NCBI GenBank assembly: GCA_947166565.1 | Contig: CAMVEL010000007.1 | Span: 7,323 to 71,322, forward strand | Length of the DNA: 64,000 nt | DNA from: an uncultured Erysipelotrichaceae bacterium | GTDB taxonomy: Bacteria > Bacillota_I > Bacilli_A > RFN20 > CAG-826 | Direction of reading: 5' to 3' | Shown: piece after piece, positions 1 to 9,314 of the stretch | How the letters are laid out: every line of letters starts with the position of its first letter | Position numbering within the stretch: the first letter of the stretch is position 1 | Made by a program: the position numbers and the translations under genes | Notes under the pieces: generated by a model | Database searches by the model: none | What the model saw: only the letters and a program-made list of their open reading frames with translations | What the model was told of the DNA's origin: nothing

Positions 1-2054
1 AGGTTCCCATCTTTGAAAGAAGTTTCCAAATTAGCGAGGGCCTCATTCATTATCCGAAGCCCGTCATTGGAAGTCGGCACCATATTTCCGTTTCCATCAT
101 CCTTATAGCTATACGGGATGAACCAATTGCTTTTTTGGGTATCCGCGAGGATTTTGCTCTTGGTTTCGTAATCTTTTGTCATCTCGTCCTTTAAGGCCTT
201 TGTGTAGCAAAGAGAGCTAGGCATTAAAGTCAAATAGGATTCTTCGGTAGGTCTAAGGACTCCAACGATTTTGCAGCTAAAGGCGTTGTGATCTTCGTGA
301 TAGAAGGCTTCCATGTCGTTTGGCCCCCTAAAGACCTTTATCTCTTTGGGGCTGGATTCATCGTGGGTTCCGACAAATTTCAAAGTGGAGGTATCCGGAA
401 CGCCATTGTTGATGGTTCCCTCTAAATAAACGTCGCTCCATTGTTCCCTATATTGGAGGAAGGGGTTTTCCAAAGCATAGAAATCGGAATTCCTATAGCA
501 TTTATATTCCTTGAATTTTGTGTCCTCAGGCCCGGAATAGAGGATATCGGAGAAATTGAAGGCTTTCTTTTCGTCGGAAAGTTCAGCATAGCTTGATTCG
601 GAAAGAATGCCCAAATACCTTAGGGTAGAGAATTCGACGCGATTGAATCTATCGACCACGAGAACAAGTTCATCTTCTTTTTCAGGCATGCGTCCCTCGA
701 TTACCTTGTAATAATGATCGAGAAGGTTTTCGTCGCCATAAAGCTCATGGATGATGGTTCCTGGAATAGAGGCATAAGAAGATAGCATGCTGCCAATGGT
801 TCCGGCGTTTCTTGAAGCGTTTATATAAATTACCTTACCCATGTCGCCGTTTTCGGTATAAAAATGAAAGTCGAGGCCTTTTCTATTCTCCAAAATGGAC
901 ATCGCGGTTCCATAGGCCGGGCATTTTGGGTCTTCGACGATGGCGTTCAAATAGTTTAGATACTCCCTAGAGAAAACGTTTTGATGGGAAACATAGGAAC
1001 TATAACTTGTATCGTAAACCCGGAGTTTACCATCGTCTGGAAATTCGTTAAGGCTATTGTAGTTGTCTTTGTTATTTGATCTTGAGGAATAGGTGGTTGG
1101 GGAAATTGTTATAGGAACAGAGCTGCCAACAGAGGTTTCGACGTTGTTAACGTATGTTCTAAAGCCGTTTGAGGCACCTAGAACAAGGCAAACGCCGATT
1201 ACTCCAATTGAGCAGGCAATTGCAGTTACGATATTTCTCCCTTTCTTTAGGAAAATGTTTTGGAAGGACGTTGCAAAGGCCGACCAAATAGGCATTTTGG
1301 ATTTCCCAAGCCCTTTGTTTTCCTTGGGAGCTTCTCCGGTTGCTTCCAGCCTATTGGAATCAGAAGCAATTTTGCCGTCTTCGACAACAATGATTCTGTC
1401 CGCGTATTTTTTGGCGAGGACCTCGTTATGGGTGACAACCAAAACAAGCCTATCCTTTGATAATTCCTTAAGGAGTTCAAGGATTGTAACCGAGGATTTG
1501 CTATCGAGGGCTCCGGTGGGCTCATCGCAAAGAATAACCGAAGGATCGTTTATTATGGCCCTAGCTATAGCCACCCTTTGTTGTTGCCCGCCAGATAGTT
1601 CGCCAGGTTTTTTCTTGAGATCTTCGTTTAGCCCTACTTTTTTTAAAGCGGTTTTTGCCTTAGCTGTTCTTTCTTCCCTTTTTGTTCCGTTTAAAGACAA
1701 CGGGAGGGTGACGTTCTTTTCCAAAGAATATGAAGAAACCAAATTATAGCTTTGGAAGACAAATCCAATGTGTTTGTTCCTATAACTGTCCCAATCCGAA
1801 GGAGAAAAATCCTTAGTGGAGACACCGTCAATCAGCAAATCGCCTTCCTGAAAATGGTCGAGCCCCCCAATTATGTTTAACAAAGTGGTTTTTCCTGAGC
1901 CAGAAGGACCCAAAATAACCACAAATCCAGTTCTTGGAAGGGAAAGGTTAACGTCTTTTAACGCCTCAAAAGAAATCTTGCCTGTCCGGTATTCTTTTTT
2001 GACTCCCCTTAGTTCTAGGAGTATATCGTTATTTTTCTCTTGGCCAGCGCTCAT
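1..2054 (-). CDS. ABC transporter with fused ATP-binding domain and FtsX-like permease with a large extracytoplasmic domain (MacB-like). The N-terminal ~684 aa are in the window; the C-terminus lies beyond the window start.
   Basis: I translated the minus strand from the ATG at 2052-2054 down to coordinate 1 and found no stop; the ORF track omits it because it is truncated. It has Walker A GPSGSGKTT, ABC signature LSGGQQQRVAIARAI and Walker B ILCDEPTGALD, followed by a TM helix (IVTAIACSIGVIGVCLVLGA) and a long extracellular region. The + strand ORF 1093..1749 is its antisense shadow. Confidence 0.8.
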   Translation of the reverse strand, partial: MSAGQEKNNDILLELRGVKKEYRTGKISFEALKDVNLSLPRTGFVVILGPSGSGKTTLLNIIGGLDHFQEGDLLIDGVSTKDFSPSDWDSYRNKHIGFVFQSYNLVSSYSLEKNVTLPLSLNGTKREERTAKAKTALKKVGLNEDLKKKPGELSGGQQQRVAIARAIINDPSVILCDEPTGALDSKSSVTILELLKELSKDRLVLVVTHNEVLAKKYADRIIVVEDGKIASDSNRLEATGEAPKENKGLGKSKMPIWSAFATSFQNIFLKKGRNIVTAIACSIGVIGVCLVLGASNGFRTYVNNVETSVGSSVPITISPTTYSSRSNNKDNYNSLNEFPDDGKLRVYDTSYSSYVSHQNVFSREYLNYLNAIVEDPKCPAYGTAMSILENRKGLDFHFYTENGDMGKVIYINASRNAGTIGSMLSSYASIPGTIIHELYGDENLLDHYYKVIEGRMPEKEDELVLVVDRFNRVEFSTLRYLGILSESSYAELSDEKKAFNFSDILYSGPEDTKFKEYKCYRNSDFYALENPFLQYREQWSDVYLEGTINNGVPDTSTLKFVGTHDESSPKEIKVFRGPNDMEAFYHEDHNAFSCKIVGVLRPTEESYLTLMPSSLCYTKALKDEMTKDYETKSKILADTQKSNWFIPYSYKDDGNGNMVPTSNDGLRIMNEALANLETSFKDGN

Positions 2055-2119
2055 AAACACGGTTTAGACACTGTATAAAGTATAGCATAGCGCGCGCTAC
2101 GCGGAAGAGGTCTTTTGTT

Positions 2120-2575
2120 TTATTTGCGTCTGACTTTGAAAAACTCGTCTATTAATTCTTTGCTCTTATCTGCCAAGACCCCTCGATAAATCAAAGGCGA
2201 TGGATAAACTTTGGCGGAAAATGGGTCTATTCCATTGGAAAAAGCCCCGAATTTGGGATCGTCTGCCCCATAAACCAAGGTAGAGATTCGACTTTGAGCA
2301 ATTGCGCCTGCACACATTGGGCAAGGTTCTAATGTCACGATGAGTTCACACCCCTCGAGTTGCCACCTTCCTAATTTCTTAGCAGCTTCCTCTAAGGCAA
2401 GTATTTCGGCATGCCCGGATATTTTGTTTTTCCCTTCCCTCACATTATGGGCAGAGGCAACGATTTCTCCGTTTTGCAAAACGACGGCGCCAACCGGAAC
2501 CTCTCCTTTCAGAGAAGCTTTTTTGGCCTCTTCCAAGGCTAGTTTCATAGCTTCAATCGTTTCCATATATTCCAT
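2120..2575 (-). CDS. tadA: tRNA-specific adenosine deaminase
   Basis: Zinc deaminase motifs HAEILALE and PCPMCAGAI. The position downstream of serS matches Bacillus synteny (serS ... tadA). I moved the start to the internal MEYMETIEAM Met, which gives a TadA-sized product of about 152 aa; the ORF-track start at 2689 adds 38 residues. Confidence 0.85.
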   Translation of the reverse strand: MEYMETIEAMKLALEEAKKASLKGEVPVGAVVLQNGEIVASAHNVREGKNKISGHAEILALEEAAKKLGRWQLEGCELIVTLEPCPMCAGAIAQSRISTLVYGADDPKFGAFSNGIDPFSAKVYPSPLIYRGVLADKSKELIDEFFKVRRK

Positions 2576-2801
2576 TAAAACAAAACCACCGCACAGGGGA
2601 CAATGGTTTAAGGCTGCTTGGTTCCCCACCTGACCTGGTTCGTCACTATCTCCTCGCGATGGCGGAGAGATTTTACCATATAGAACCAATTATTGTGATA
2701 CCCATATTTATGACTATTAATAAGTTTTTATGAACGATTGGAAACAATCAAAAAACTTGCAATTTAAGGATTTTTATCTGATTTTTGCGGATTTTTCTAT
2801 T

Positions 2802-4067
2802 TTATTCTTCTTGTTCAAATAAACCGCGTTTAATGTTGGCTAGCATTAGCTTCAAACGGTTTTCCTGATTAACTTGAGTTGACGAAGCGTCGAAATCCAA
2901 AGGAATGATGTTGGCGTCTGGGGCCAAATTCTTGACGGGCCTAATCATGCCCTTTCCGACTATATGGTTCGGAAGGCAGCCGAAAGGCTGAACGACAACG
3001 ACGTTTTTGACGTCTCCCGTAACATAGGCAACCATCTCGGCCGGAATAAGCCAGCCTTCACCCATCTTGACTCCATCGGAAATAACTTTTTTACCTTGTT
3101 CAAGAACATATTCGAAGTCTTCATAAGGATCGAACCCGCTTCCAGCCATTGCCTTAGCTTGTTTTCTTGTAGCTCTAAGGAAAGCCTTATAGGCCAAACG
3201 GAAAGCGGCAACGGTGGCTTTTCCTTGCCCGTATTTCCGATAATCATTGATGTTGTTATAGACACAATAGAGACAAAATTCCCCGAAAGAGGGATAAACG
3301 ACTTCGCAATCTTGGGATACGAGGAAATCGGCCAAGTGATTATTGGCATATGGGCTATATTTAACATATATCTCGCCAACGATTCCGACCCTTGGTTTTC
3401 TATTCTCCCTATCCGGTTCTAATCCTTTGAAGTTATTGAGGATCATCTTGTAGTTTTTGCTCGTTTGATAAAAGGAATGGTGCCCTATTTCGGAAATGAG
3501 GGTATCCATTGAATCCCTCAAAGCTTTTTGGACCTTTTCCTTATCATGATATGGTTCGGCTTGGTCTTTTAGGTTCATTAACATGTCGCCATACATAATC
3601 GCATGGAGCATCATCCTTAATTCCGTAAGGGTTAAAGGAATACTAAATAGTTTTTCTAGACCAGAAAAATTGATGGATAAGACAGGAACTGTCGGAAATT
3701 CTTTTTCCAACGCCTTCCTAATTAGGGAAATGTAATTTGATGCCCTGCAGCCTCCGCCTGTTTGACTCATAATGACTGCGGTTTTATTCAAATCGTATTT
3801 CCCGGTTTTTAGTTCGGTGATAAATTGACCGGTTGTGATAATAGCCGGATAGCAAGCATCGTTTTGGACGGTTCTAAGCCCTTCGTCTTTTGCTTCTCTT
3901 CCCATAGGGGGAACAACAACTACATTGAGTCCGCTTCTATTGACGATATTTATGAAAAGCTCGAAAGTAATCGGAAGCATATCAGGAGCGATAATCGTGT
4001 AATGCTCCTTACGAAACTTCTTCCAAAGGGCTTTTCTTTCCTTTTTTTCCGCTTTCTTGGGGTTCAT
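2802..4067 (-). CDS. Protein resembling a 2-hydroxyacyl-CoA dehydratase subunit (HgdA/HgdB-type, partner of the activase); function unknown
   Basis: 421 aa. It overlaps the upstream activase-family gene by 4 nt (ATGA). The sequence type matches the DUF2229-like proteins that accompany BadF/BcrA-type activases in Firmicutes; this assignment is from memory of the family, not from a search. Confidence 0.5.
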   Translation of the reverse strand: MNPKKAEKKERKALWKKFRKEHYTIIAPDMLPITFELFINIVNRSGLNVVVVPPMGREAKDEGLRTVQNDACYPAIITTGQFITELKTGKYDLNKTAVIMSQTGGGCRASNYISLIRKALEKEFPTVPVLSINFSGLEKLFSIPLTLTELRMMLHAIMYGDMLMNLKDQAEPYHDKEKVQKALRDSMDTLISEIGHHSFYQTSKNYKMILNNFKGLEPDRENRKPRVGIVGEIYVKYSPYANNHLADFLVSQDCEVVYPSFGEFCLYCVYNNINDYRKYGQGKATVAAFRLAYKAFLRATRKQAKAMAGSGFDPYEDFEYVLEQGKKVISDGVKMGEGWLIPAEMVAYVTGDVKNVVVVQPFGCLPNHIVGKGMIRPVKNLAPDANIIPLDFDASSTQVNQENRLKLMLANIKRGLFEQEE

Positions 4068-7009
4068 TTTTTATCCCTTTCTTTTGCGTCTTCGACCGCA
4101 GCAACCAAGGAACGAAGACGAATGCGGACCGCTCCAAGGTTATTGATCTCGTCAATTTTGATTTGGGTATAAAGCCTGCCGGATTCTTCCAAAATTCGCC
4201 TAACTTCATCGGATGTAATGGCATCGACGCCACAACCGAAGCTAACGAGGTGGACGATTTCCATGTCTTTCTGGGTCTTAACGAAGTTTGCGGCATCATA
4301 AAGCCTTGCGTGATATGTCCATTGATTCAAAACGTGGAGTTTTTCTCTTTCTGTGTTGTAATCAAAACAGTCCTCGGACAAAACCGCGACGCCCATTCCA
4401 TCTAGAAGCTTGTCGACGCCATGATTGATTTCCCTATCGACGTGATAAGGCCTTCCGACCAAGACGATCATTTCCTGATTGTTTTCTCTGGCGGTTTTGA
4501 TAATCTCCGCGCCTTTAGCCTTAACGTCGGACCTATATCTTATTTCTTCATCCAACCCGATTTTGAATGCACGGGCCACTTCTTTTTTCGAAATCCCGTG
4601 TTTCTTTAAGGCGGAATAAAGGGTTTCGATTGTCTTTTTGTCGTTATTTAAATCAACGAACGGGTCAAGGAAGTTGTCGTCGCTCAGCCTAGTGTCGTTT
4701 CGTTTCAAAAGCTCACCATAATAAGCAACGACGGGGCAATTGTAATAATTGTCGCCTCGCTTTTCGTTAATGTTATAGGATTCCGAAGGATAGAAGATGA
4801 AATCTACGCCTTGTTCCAATAGATAATCAATATGCCCGTGCATTATCTTTGCGGGATAACAAGCCGTATCGCTAGGAATAGTCTTTTGGCCTCTTCTATA
4901 CAGACTTCTTGTGGAGATTGGACTTAATTCTACGGCGAATCCGAGTTCCTTGAAGAAGGCATCCCAGAGTGGAAGTTGTTCATACATGGCCAAGGTGAAA
5001 GGCAGACCGACTTTTCCCTTTGTGGCTTCTTTATCCGGATAACGTTGCAACAAACGCTTTCGCTTATAGTGATAAATATCGAGCGAGTGGTTCGCTTTGG
5101 GCTTTCCTTCACCTTTTTCACATTTGTTTCCAGAAATATAGACCCCGCCTTGAGGGAACCTAAGAATTGTCAGATTGCAATGTGATGTGCATTGCTGGCA
5201 ATTCGTATGGGCGGTCGTGTAAGTGAAGTTGTTGAGGTCTTCCAAAGATATAAGCCCACCTTTACCGCCTTTTTCTTTAGCGTATAACGCGGCTCCAAAG
5301 GCTCCCATCAATCCGGCAATGGATGGACGGATGACTTCATGCCCGATTTCCATTTCAAAACATCTAAGGACGGCGTTATTTAAGAACGTTCCGCCCTGGC
5401 AAACTATCCTTTCGCCAAGCTCGGTAAAGTTTCTAACCCTAATAACCTTGTATAAGGCGTTTTTAATGACAGAACGGGAAAGGCCCGCGGAAATATCTTC
5501 GATAGTAGCTCCGTCTCTTTGGGCTTCCTTAACGGAAGAATTCATAAAAACCGTACACCTACTACCTAATTCCACCGGATTTTTCGCATAAAGACCGAGC
5601 TTTGAGAATTCCTCTACGCCATATCCTAGCGCAGAAGCGAAGGAAGAAAGGAACGATCCGCAGCCAGAAGAGCAGGCCTCATTTAACATAATGGAATCAA
5701 TCGCCCCATTCCTAATTCGGAAACACTTTATGTCTTGCCCTCCGATATCGATGATGAAATCAACGTTAGGTTCAAAGAATTTCGCGGCTTTGAAGTGGGC
5801 GACCGTTTCGACTAACCCGTAATCGACTTTTAAGGAATTCTTGATGAGTTCCTCGCCGTATCCCGTGACCGCCGATCCTTCAATTTTTAGGTCTTTTGTG
5901 CCCAAACGGTATATTGTTTTGATCTGAGCAACGATCTTTTCTATAGGGAGACCATTGTTGGGTTCATAATGCGAATAAAGGATGCGATTATCTTCTGATA
6001 GAAGAACGATTTTGGTAGTTGTAGAGCCTTCATCAATACCTAAATACGCTTTGCCTGAATATGTTTTGAGGTCTGCGGTCTTAACATCAAAATCCTTGTG
6101 GCGTTTCAAGAAGGCCTCAAAGTCCTTCTCATCGGAGAAAAGGCGTTCTCCCGTTATGATTTGACCAGCGGTTTCCGCGTTTAGAAGCTTATTTTTCACA
6201 TCCTTTAGTTCCATGACTTCGTCACGGCGTTTTGCGTATAACGCGGCCCCTTTAGCCATGAAGGTGGAGGCGTCTTCTGGAAAGAAAGCGTGCTCTTGGC
6301 TTAGTTTTAATCTATCCATGAAGGCTCTTCTAAGGCCTTTGAGAAAGAACAACGGCCCTCCAAGGAACAAGACGTCGCCTTTGATTTCTCTTCCTTGGGC
6401 AAGCCCTGCGATCGTTTGGTCGGCAACCGCATAGAAAATTGATAGGGCTATATCTTCTTTTTTGGCGCCTTGATTAAGGATTGCTTGAATATCGGACTTG
6501 GCGAAAACACCACATCTAGAGGCGATGGGATATGCTTTTTCGGCCTTTAAGGCCATTTCGTCCATCTCGGGAAGAGAGATATTAAGAAGCGTGGCCATCT
6601 GGTCGATAAATGCCCCGGTGCCTCCCGCGCATTGCCCGTTCATTCTTTCTTCGACTCCGCCGGTAATAAAGATGATCTTGGCGTCTTCTCCACCTAATTC
6701 GATCGCGCAATCGGCGGTTGGGAAGAGTTTTTTGATGGCCAAGAAAGCGGATTCGACTTCCTGAACAAAGGGGAGGTCAGCTCTTTCCGATAATCCAAGA
6801 CCAGCAGAACCCGTTAAGGAAACCTTGACCTGAATATTGCCTAATTTCTGTTCGATTTCGGTTAGTTCCTGAAGCGCGGTCTCCTTAACTTTTGAGCCAT
6901 GCCTTACGTAATTTGCGTATAAACAGTTGTTATCAACGTCTAAAACCACGGCTTTCACCGTGGTCGATCCGACGTCTATTCCTAATGTATATACGGGATT
7001 ATTTTGCAT
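4064..7009 (-). CDS. CoA-substrate-specific enzyme activase family protein with two tandem BadF/BadG/BcrA/BcrD-type ATPase domains fused to a dehydratase-subunit-like C-terminal domain
   Basis: 981 aa. It contains two actin/ASKHA-type phosphate-1 motifs, LGIDVGSTTVKAVVLD near the N-terminus and LGIDEGSTTTKIVLLS near residue 320. Cys-containing segments CAGGTGAF and CSSGCGSF follow each ATPase domain, and the C-terminal ~380 aa resemble the dehydratase component. Confidence 0.7.
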   Translation of the reverse strand: MQNNPVYTLGIDVGSTTVKAVVLDVDNNCLYANYVRHGSKVKETALQELTEIEQKLGNIQVKVSLTGSAGLGLSERADLPFVQEVESAFLAIKKLFPTADCAIELGGEDAKIIFITGGVEERMNGQCAGGTGAFIDQMATLLNISLPEMDEMALKAEKAYPIASRCGVFAKSDIQAILNQGAKKEDIALSIFYAVADQTIAGLAQGREIKGDVLFLGGPLFFLKGLRRAFMDRLKLSQEHAFFPEDASTFMAKGAALYAKRRDEVMELKDVKNKLLNAETAGQIITGERLFSDEKDFEAFLKRHKDFDVKTADLKTYSGKAYLGIDEGSTTTKIVLLSEDNRILYSHYEPNNGLPIEKIVAQIKTIYRLGTKDLKIEGSAVTGYGEELIKNSLKVDYGLVETVAHFKAAKFFEPNVDFIIDIGGQDIKCFRIRNGAIDSIMLNEACSSGCGSFLSSFASALGYGVEEFSKLGLYAKNPVELGSRCTVFMNSSVKEAQRDGATIEDISAGLSRSVIKNALYKVIRVRNFTELGERIVCQGGTFLNNAVLRCFEMEIGHEVIRPSIAGLMGAFGAALYAKEKGGKGGLISLEDLNNFTYTTAHTNCQQCTSHCNLTILRFPQGGVYISGNKCEKGEGKPKANHSLDIYHYKRKRLLQRYPDKEATKGKVGLPFTLAMYEQLPLWDAFFKELGFAVELSPISTRSLYRRGQKTIPSDTACYPAKIMHGHIDYLLEQGVDFIFYPSESYNINEKRGDNYYNCPVVAYYGELLKRNDTRLSDDNFLDPFVDLNNDKKTIETLYSALKKHGISKKEVARAFKIGLDEEIRYRSDVKAKGAEIIKTARENNQEMIVLVGRPYHVDREINHGVDKLLDGMGVAVLSEDCFDYNTEREKLHVLNQWTYHARLYDAANFVKTQKDMEIVHLVSFGCGVDAITSDEVRRILEESGRLYTQIKIDEINNLGAVRIRLRSLVAAVEDAKERDKK

Positions 7010-7010
7010 G

Positions 7011-8291
7011 TTATTTCTTTATAGGCTTGATAACTTCCAACCCACCCATGTATTTTCTTAAGACCTCAGGAATCAAGATAGATCCGTCTTCCTGTTGGCA
7101 TTGCTCAACAAGCGCGGGGAAGATACGCGAAGTCGCTAAGCCAGAACCGTTTAAGGTGTGGCAGAAATGCATTTTGCCATCCTCTCCACGATATCTGATC
7201 ATGCCTCTCCTCGCTTGATAGTCGCGAGCGTTGGAAACGGAAGAGACTTCTTTATAAATGCCCATGGAAGGAATCCAAACCTCAATATCATAGGTCCTAG
7301 CCATCGAATGGGAGCAATCCCCCGCGGCCAATTTATCCAATTGATATGTAAGTCCAAGGCCTTCAACAAGTTTTTGGGCTTTCTTGACCATCTCTTCGAA
7401 AGCGGCGTCACTACCTTCTTCGGTGGTGTATTGGACCATTTCAACTTTGTTGAATTGATATCCGCGAATCATGCCGCGTTCTTCGGTACGGTAACTGCCG
7501 GCTTCCTTTCTGTAGCAAGGAGTATAGGCGAAATATTTTCTTGGGAGGTCTGACTCGGAAAGGATTTCGTCGCGGTGGAGATTAACGAGCGCGGTTTCCG
7601 CGGTCGGAAGGATGAATTTACGGGGTTCGGTTCCTTCTAGCCAGAAAACGTCTTCCTCGAATTTTGGGAATTGTCCTGCCGTATAGCCCGAATTGTAATT
7701 GAGGATATGGGGAGGCAAAATCATCTCATAGCCATCGGCAAGGTGGGTTTCGATGAAATAATTGAGTAATGCCCATTCTAATCTGGCACCCAAATTGGTG
7801 TAGATCCAGGTGCCGTTCCCAGAGATCTTTGCGGCCCTCTTATAATCGATTAAGCCACAGGATTCACATAGATCAACGTGGTTCTTGGGAGTGAATTTCA
7901 TGGAATTCGGATCACCGAATTTGTAGATTGGGTGGTTGTTTTCCTTACCACCGGCGACAAGGTCATCATCTGGGATATTCGGCAAGACCTCAAGGAGGGC
8001 CTTAAGCTCTTCCTCAATCTTCTTAAGTCTTTCTTCGCCTTCCTTGTTTTCAGCCGCCAAAGCTTTCACGCGAGCGAAAATCGCTTGCACGTCCCCTCCG
8101 TTTTTCTTGACTTCGGGTACGGATTTGGATAATTGATTCTGCTCAGCCTTGTTGGCTTCGGTCTTTTTCAAGACGACAAGTCTTTCTTCAGCAAGGGCTT
8201 GGATGGGCTTTGGATCAAAATCCCATAGTTTTTTGGCAAGGGCTTCCTTTACACCCTCGGGGTTTTCAAGGATTCTTTTCAAATCAATCAT
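7011..8291 (-). CDS. serS: Seryl-tRNA synthetase
   Basis: 426 aa with an N-terminal coiled-coil arm (MIDLKRILENPEGVKEALAKK...). It has class II aaRS motifs including the FEKVE-like and GSGLA regions. Confidence 0.9.
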   Translation of the reverse strand: MIDLKRILENPEGVKEALAKKLWDFDPKPIQALAEERLVVLKKTEANKAEQNQLSKSVPEVKKNGGDVQAIFARVKALAAENKEGEERLKKIEEELKALLEVLPNIPDDDLVAGGKENNHPIYKFGDPNSMKFTPKNHVDLCESCGLIDYKRAAKISGNGTWIYTNLGARLEWALLNYFIETHLADGYEMILPPHILNYNSGYTAGQFPKFEEDVFWLEGTEPRKFILPTAETALVNLHRDEILSESDLPRKYFAYTPCYRKEAGSYRTEERGMIRGYQFNKVEMVQYTTEEGSDAAFEEMVKKAQKLVEGLGLTYQLDKLAAGDCSHSMARTYDIEVWIPSMGIYKEVSSVSNARDYQARRGMIRYRGEDGKMHFCHTLNGSGLATSRIFPALVEQCQQEDGSILIPEVLRKYMGGLEVIKPIKK

Positions 8292-9300
8292 GGCTTTTGG
8301 CCTCCTTTTTTTCGCTTAATAGCAAATTGTATACAGATTGGAGAAACGCTCCGCTGCGTTCGATTGAATTCTTCTTCGCAATCGCGAATGAAGCGTGGGT
8401 CGTTTCCTTTCCTTCGCCTTCGTAGATTTCCTCTAGAAATTGGAGAAGGGCGTCTTCCTTTTTGGCGATTTTTCCAGACACCCCATTGATTAATAAGGGG
8501 TTAAGGTCTTGATTACCGAGGGCGATGACCGGGGTTTTGGCCGAGAAGGCCTCCATCATTCCCGTGGCATCCGGAAGTTTGGAAAGCATCAAGTAGGCGG
8601 AAGCGTGTTTCATTGCGCTGCGATAGACATCATCGCTTAAGACCCTCGATATCTTAAGGTTCTTAGGGGCCTTATTCTTATAATGCCTCACGAGGAATTC
8701 CGCGTAACGGGGTGCGTATCCTAGGAAATAGAAACGCATCTTCGGCATCTTCTTAGCTAAGGAAAGAAGGGTTCTTAATTTCTTGGTTTCATAGAAATTC
8801 CCGGTGATTAAGACATATTTTCTTTCCTTGGAAACTCCGAAATAACGAAGGAAGAGGACGGATTCTATGTCGCTAAGGACGAATCTATCAGGGTTCACGG
8901 AAGGGTGCGAAACGAATATTTTGGATTTGATTCCGTTCTTTTCGCAGAATTTCTTAAGGGGGATCGAAGGGACGAGGACGGCATCCGCCTCATTGAGCAT
9001 CTTCTTGGCTTTTGGTCTAAGAAAGAATTGCCCCTTCGGATCCGCGATAAGCATTCTGGCATCCAAATCCCTTTCGCAGTAGAAGGCGGAGACCACGGTC
9101 TTGACGCCTTTGGCTTTCATTCTCCTCATAAGACCCAAGTCTTTATCGGAGACGAAGTGCGCGATATCGGGTTTGGAATACCTGTTATCGACCCATTCGA
9201 TGCCCATGGATTCGCATTCGCCTTTGAGGGTTTTCCTTAAGCGGTCACCCTCAAAAGCGTCGCGGTTCGAATTTGGTTGGTAATAGACGAGAACTCGCAT
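8284..9300 (-). CDS. Glycosyltransferase, GT-B fold (GT4-like)
   Basis: 338 aa. The C-terminal segment GMMEAFSAKTPVIALGNQDLNPLLINGVSGKI matches the GT4 E-x7-E/nucleotide-sugar binding region. It overlaps the serS start by 8 nt. Confidence 0.5.
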   Translation of the reverse strand: MRVLVYYQPNSNRDAFEGDRLRKTLKGECESMGIEWVDNRYSKPDIAHFVSDKDLGLMRRMKAKGVKTVVSAFYCERDLDARMLIADPKGQFFLRPKAKKMLNEADAVLVPSIPLKKFCEKNGIKSKIFVSHPSVNPDRFVLSDIESVLFLRYFGVSKERKYVLITGNFYETKKLRTLLSLAKKMPKMRFYFLGYAPRYAEFLVRHYKNKAPKNLKISRVLSDDVYRSAMKHASAYLMLSKLPDATGMMEAFSAKTPVIALGNQDLNPLLINGVSGKIAKKEDALLQFLEEIYEGEGKETTHASFAIAKKNSIERSGAFLQSVYNLLLSEKKEAKSHD

Positions 9301-9314
9301 TGAGCCCCCACTCC

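Noticed and set aside
1093-1749. 218-aa + strand ORF
   Set aside because: It is the antisense of the MacB-like ABC gene that runs continuously on the minus strand from 2054 to the window edge.
2055-2119. Possible SRP RNA (scr/ffs) downstream of tadA, as in Bacillus
   Set aside because: Only 65 bp separate tadA from the next gene, which is too short for even a 4.5S-type SRP RNA. No domain IV-like hairpin was seen.
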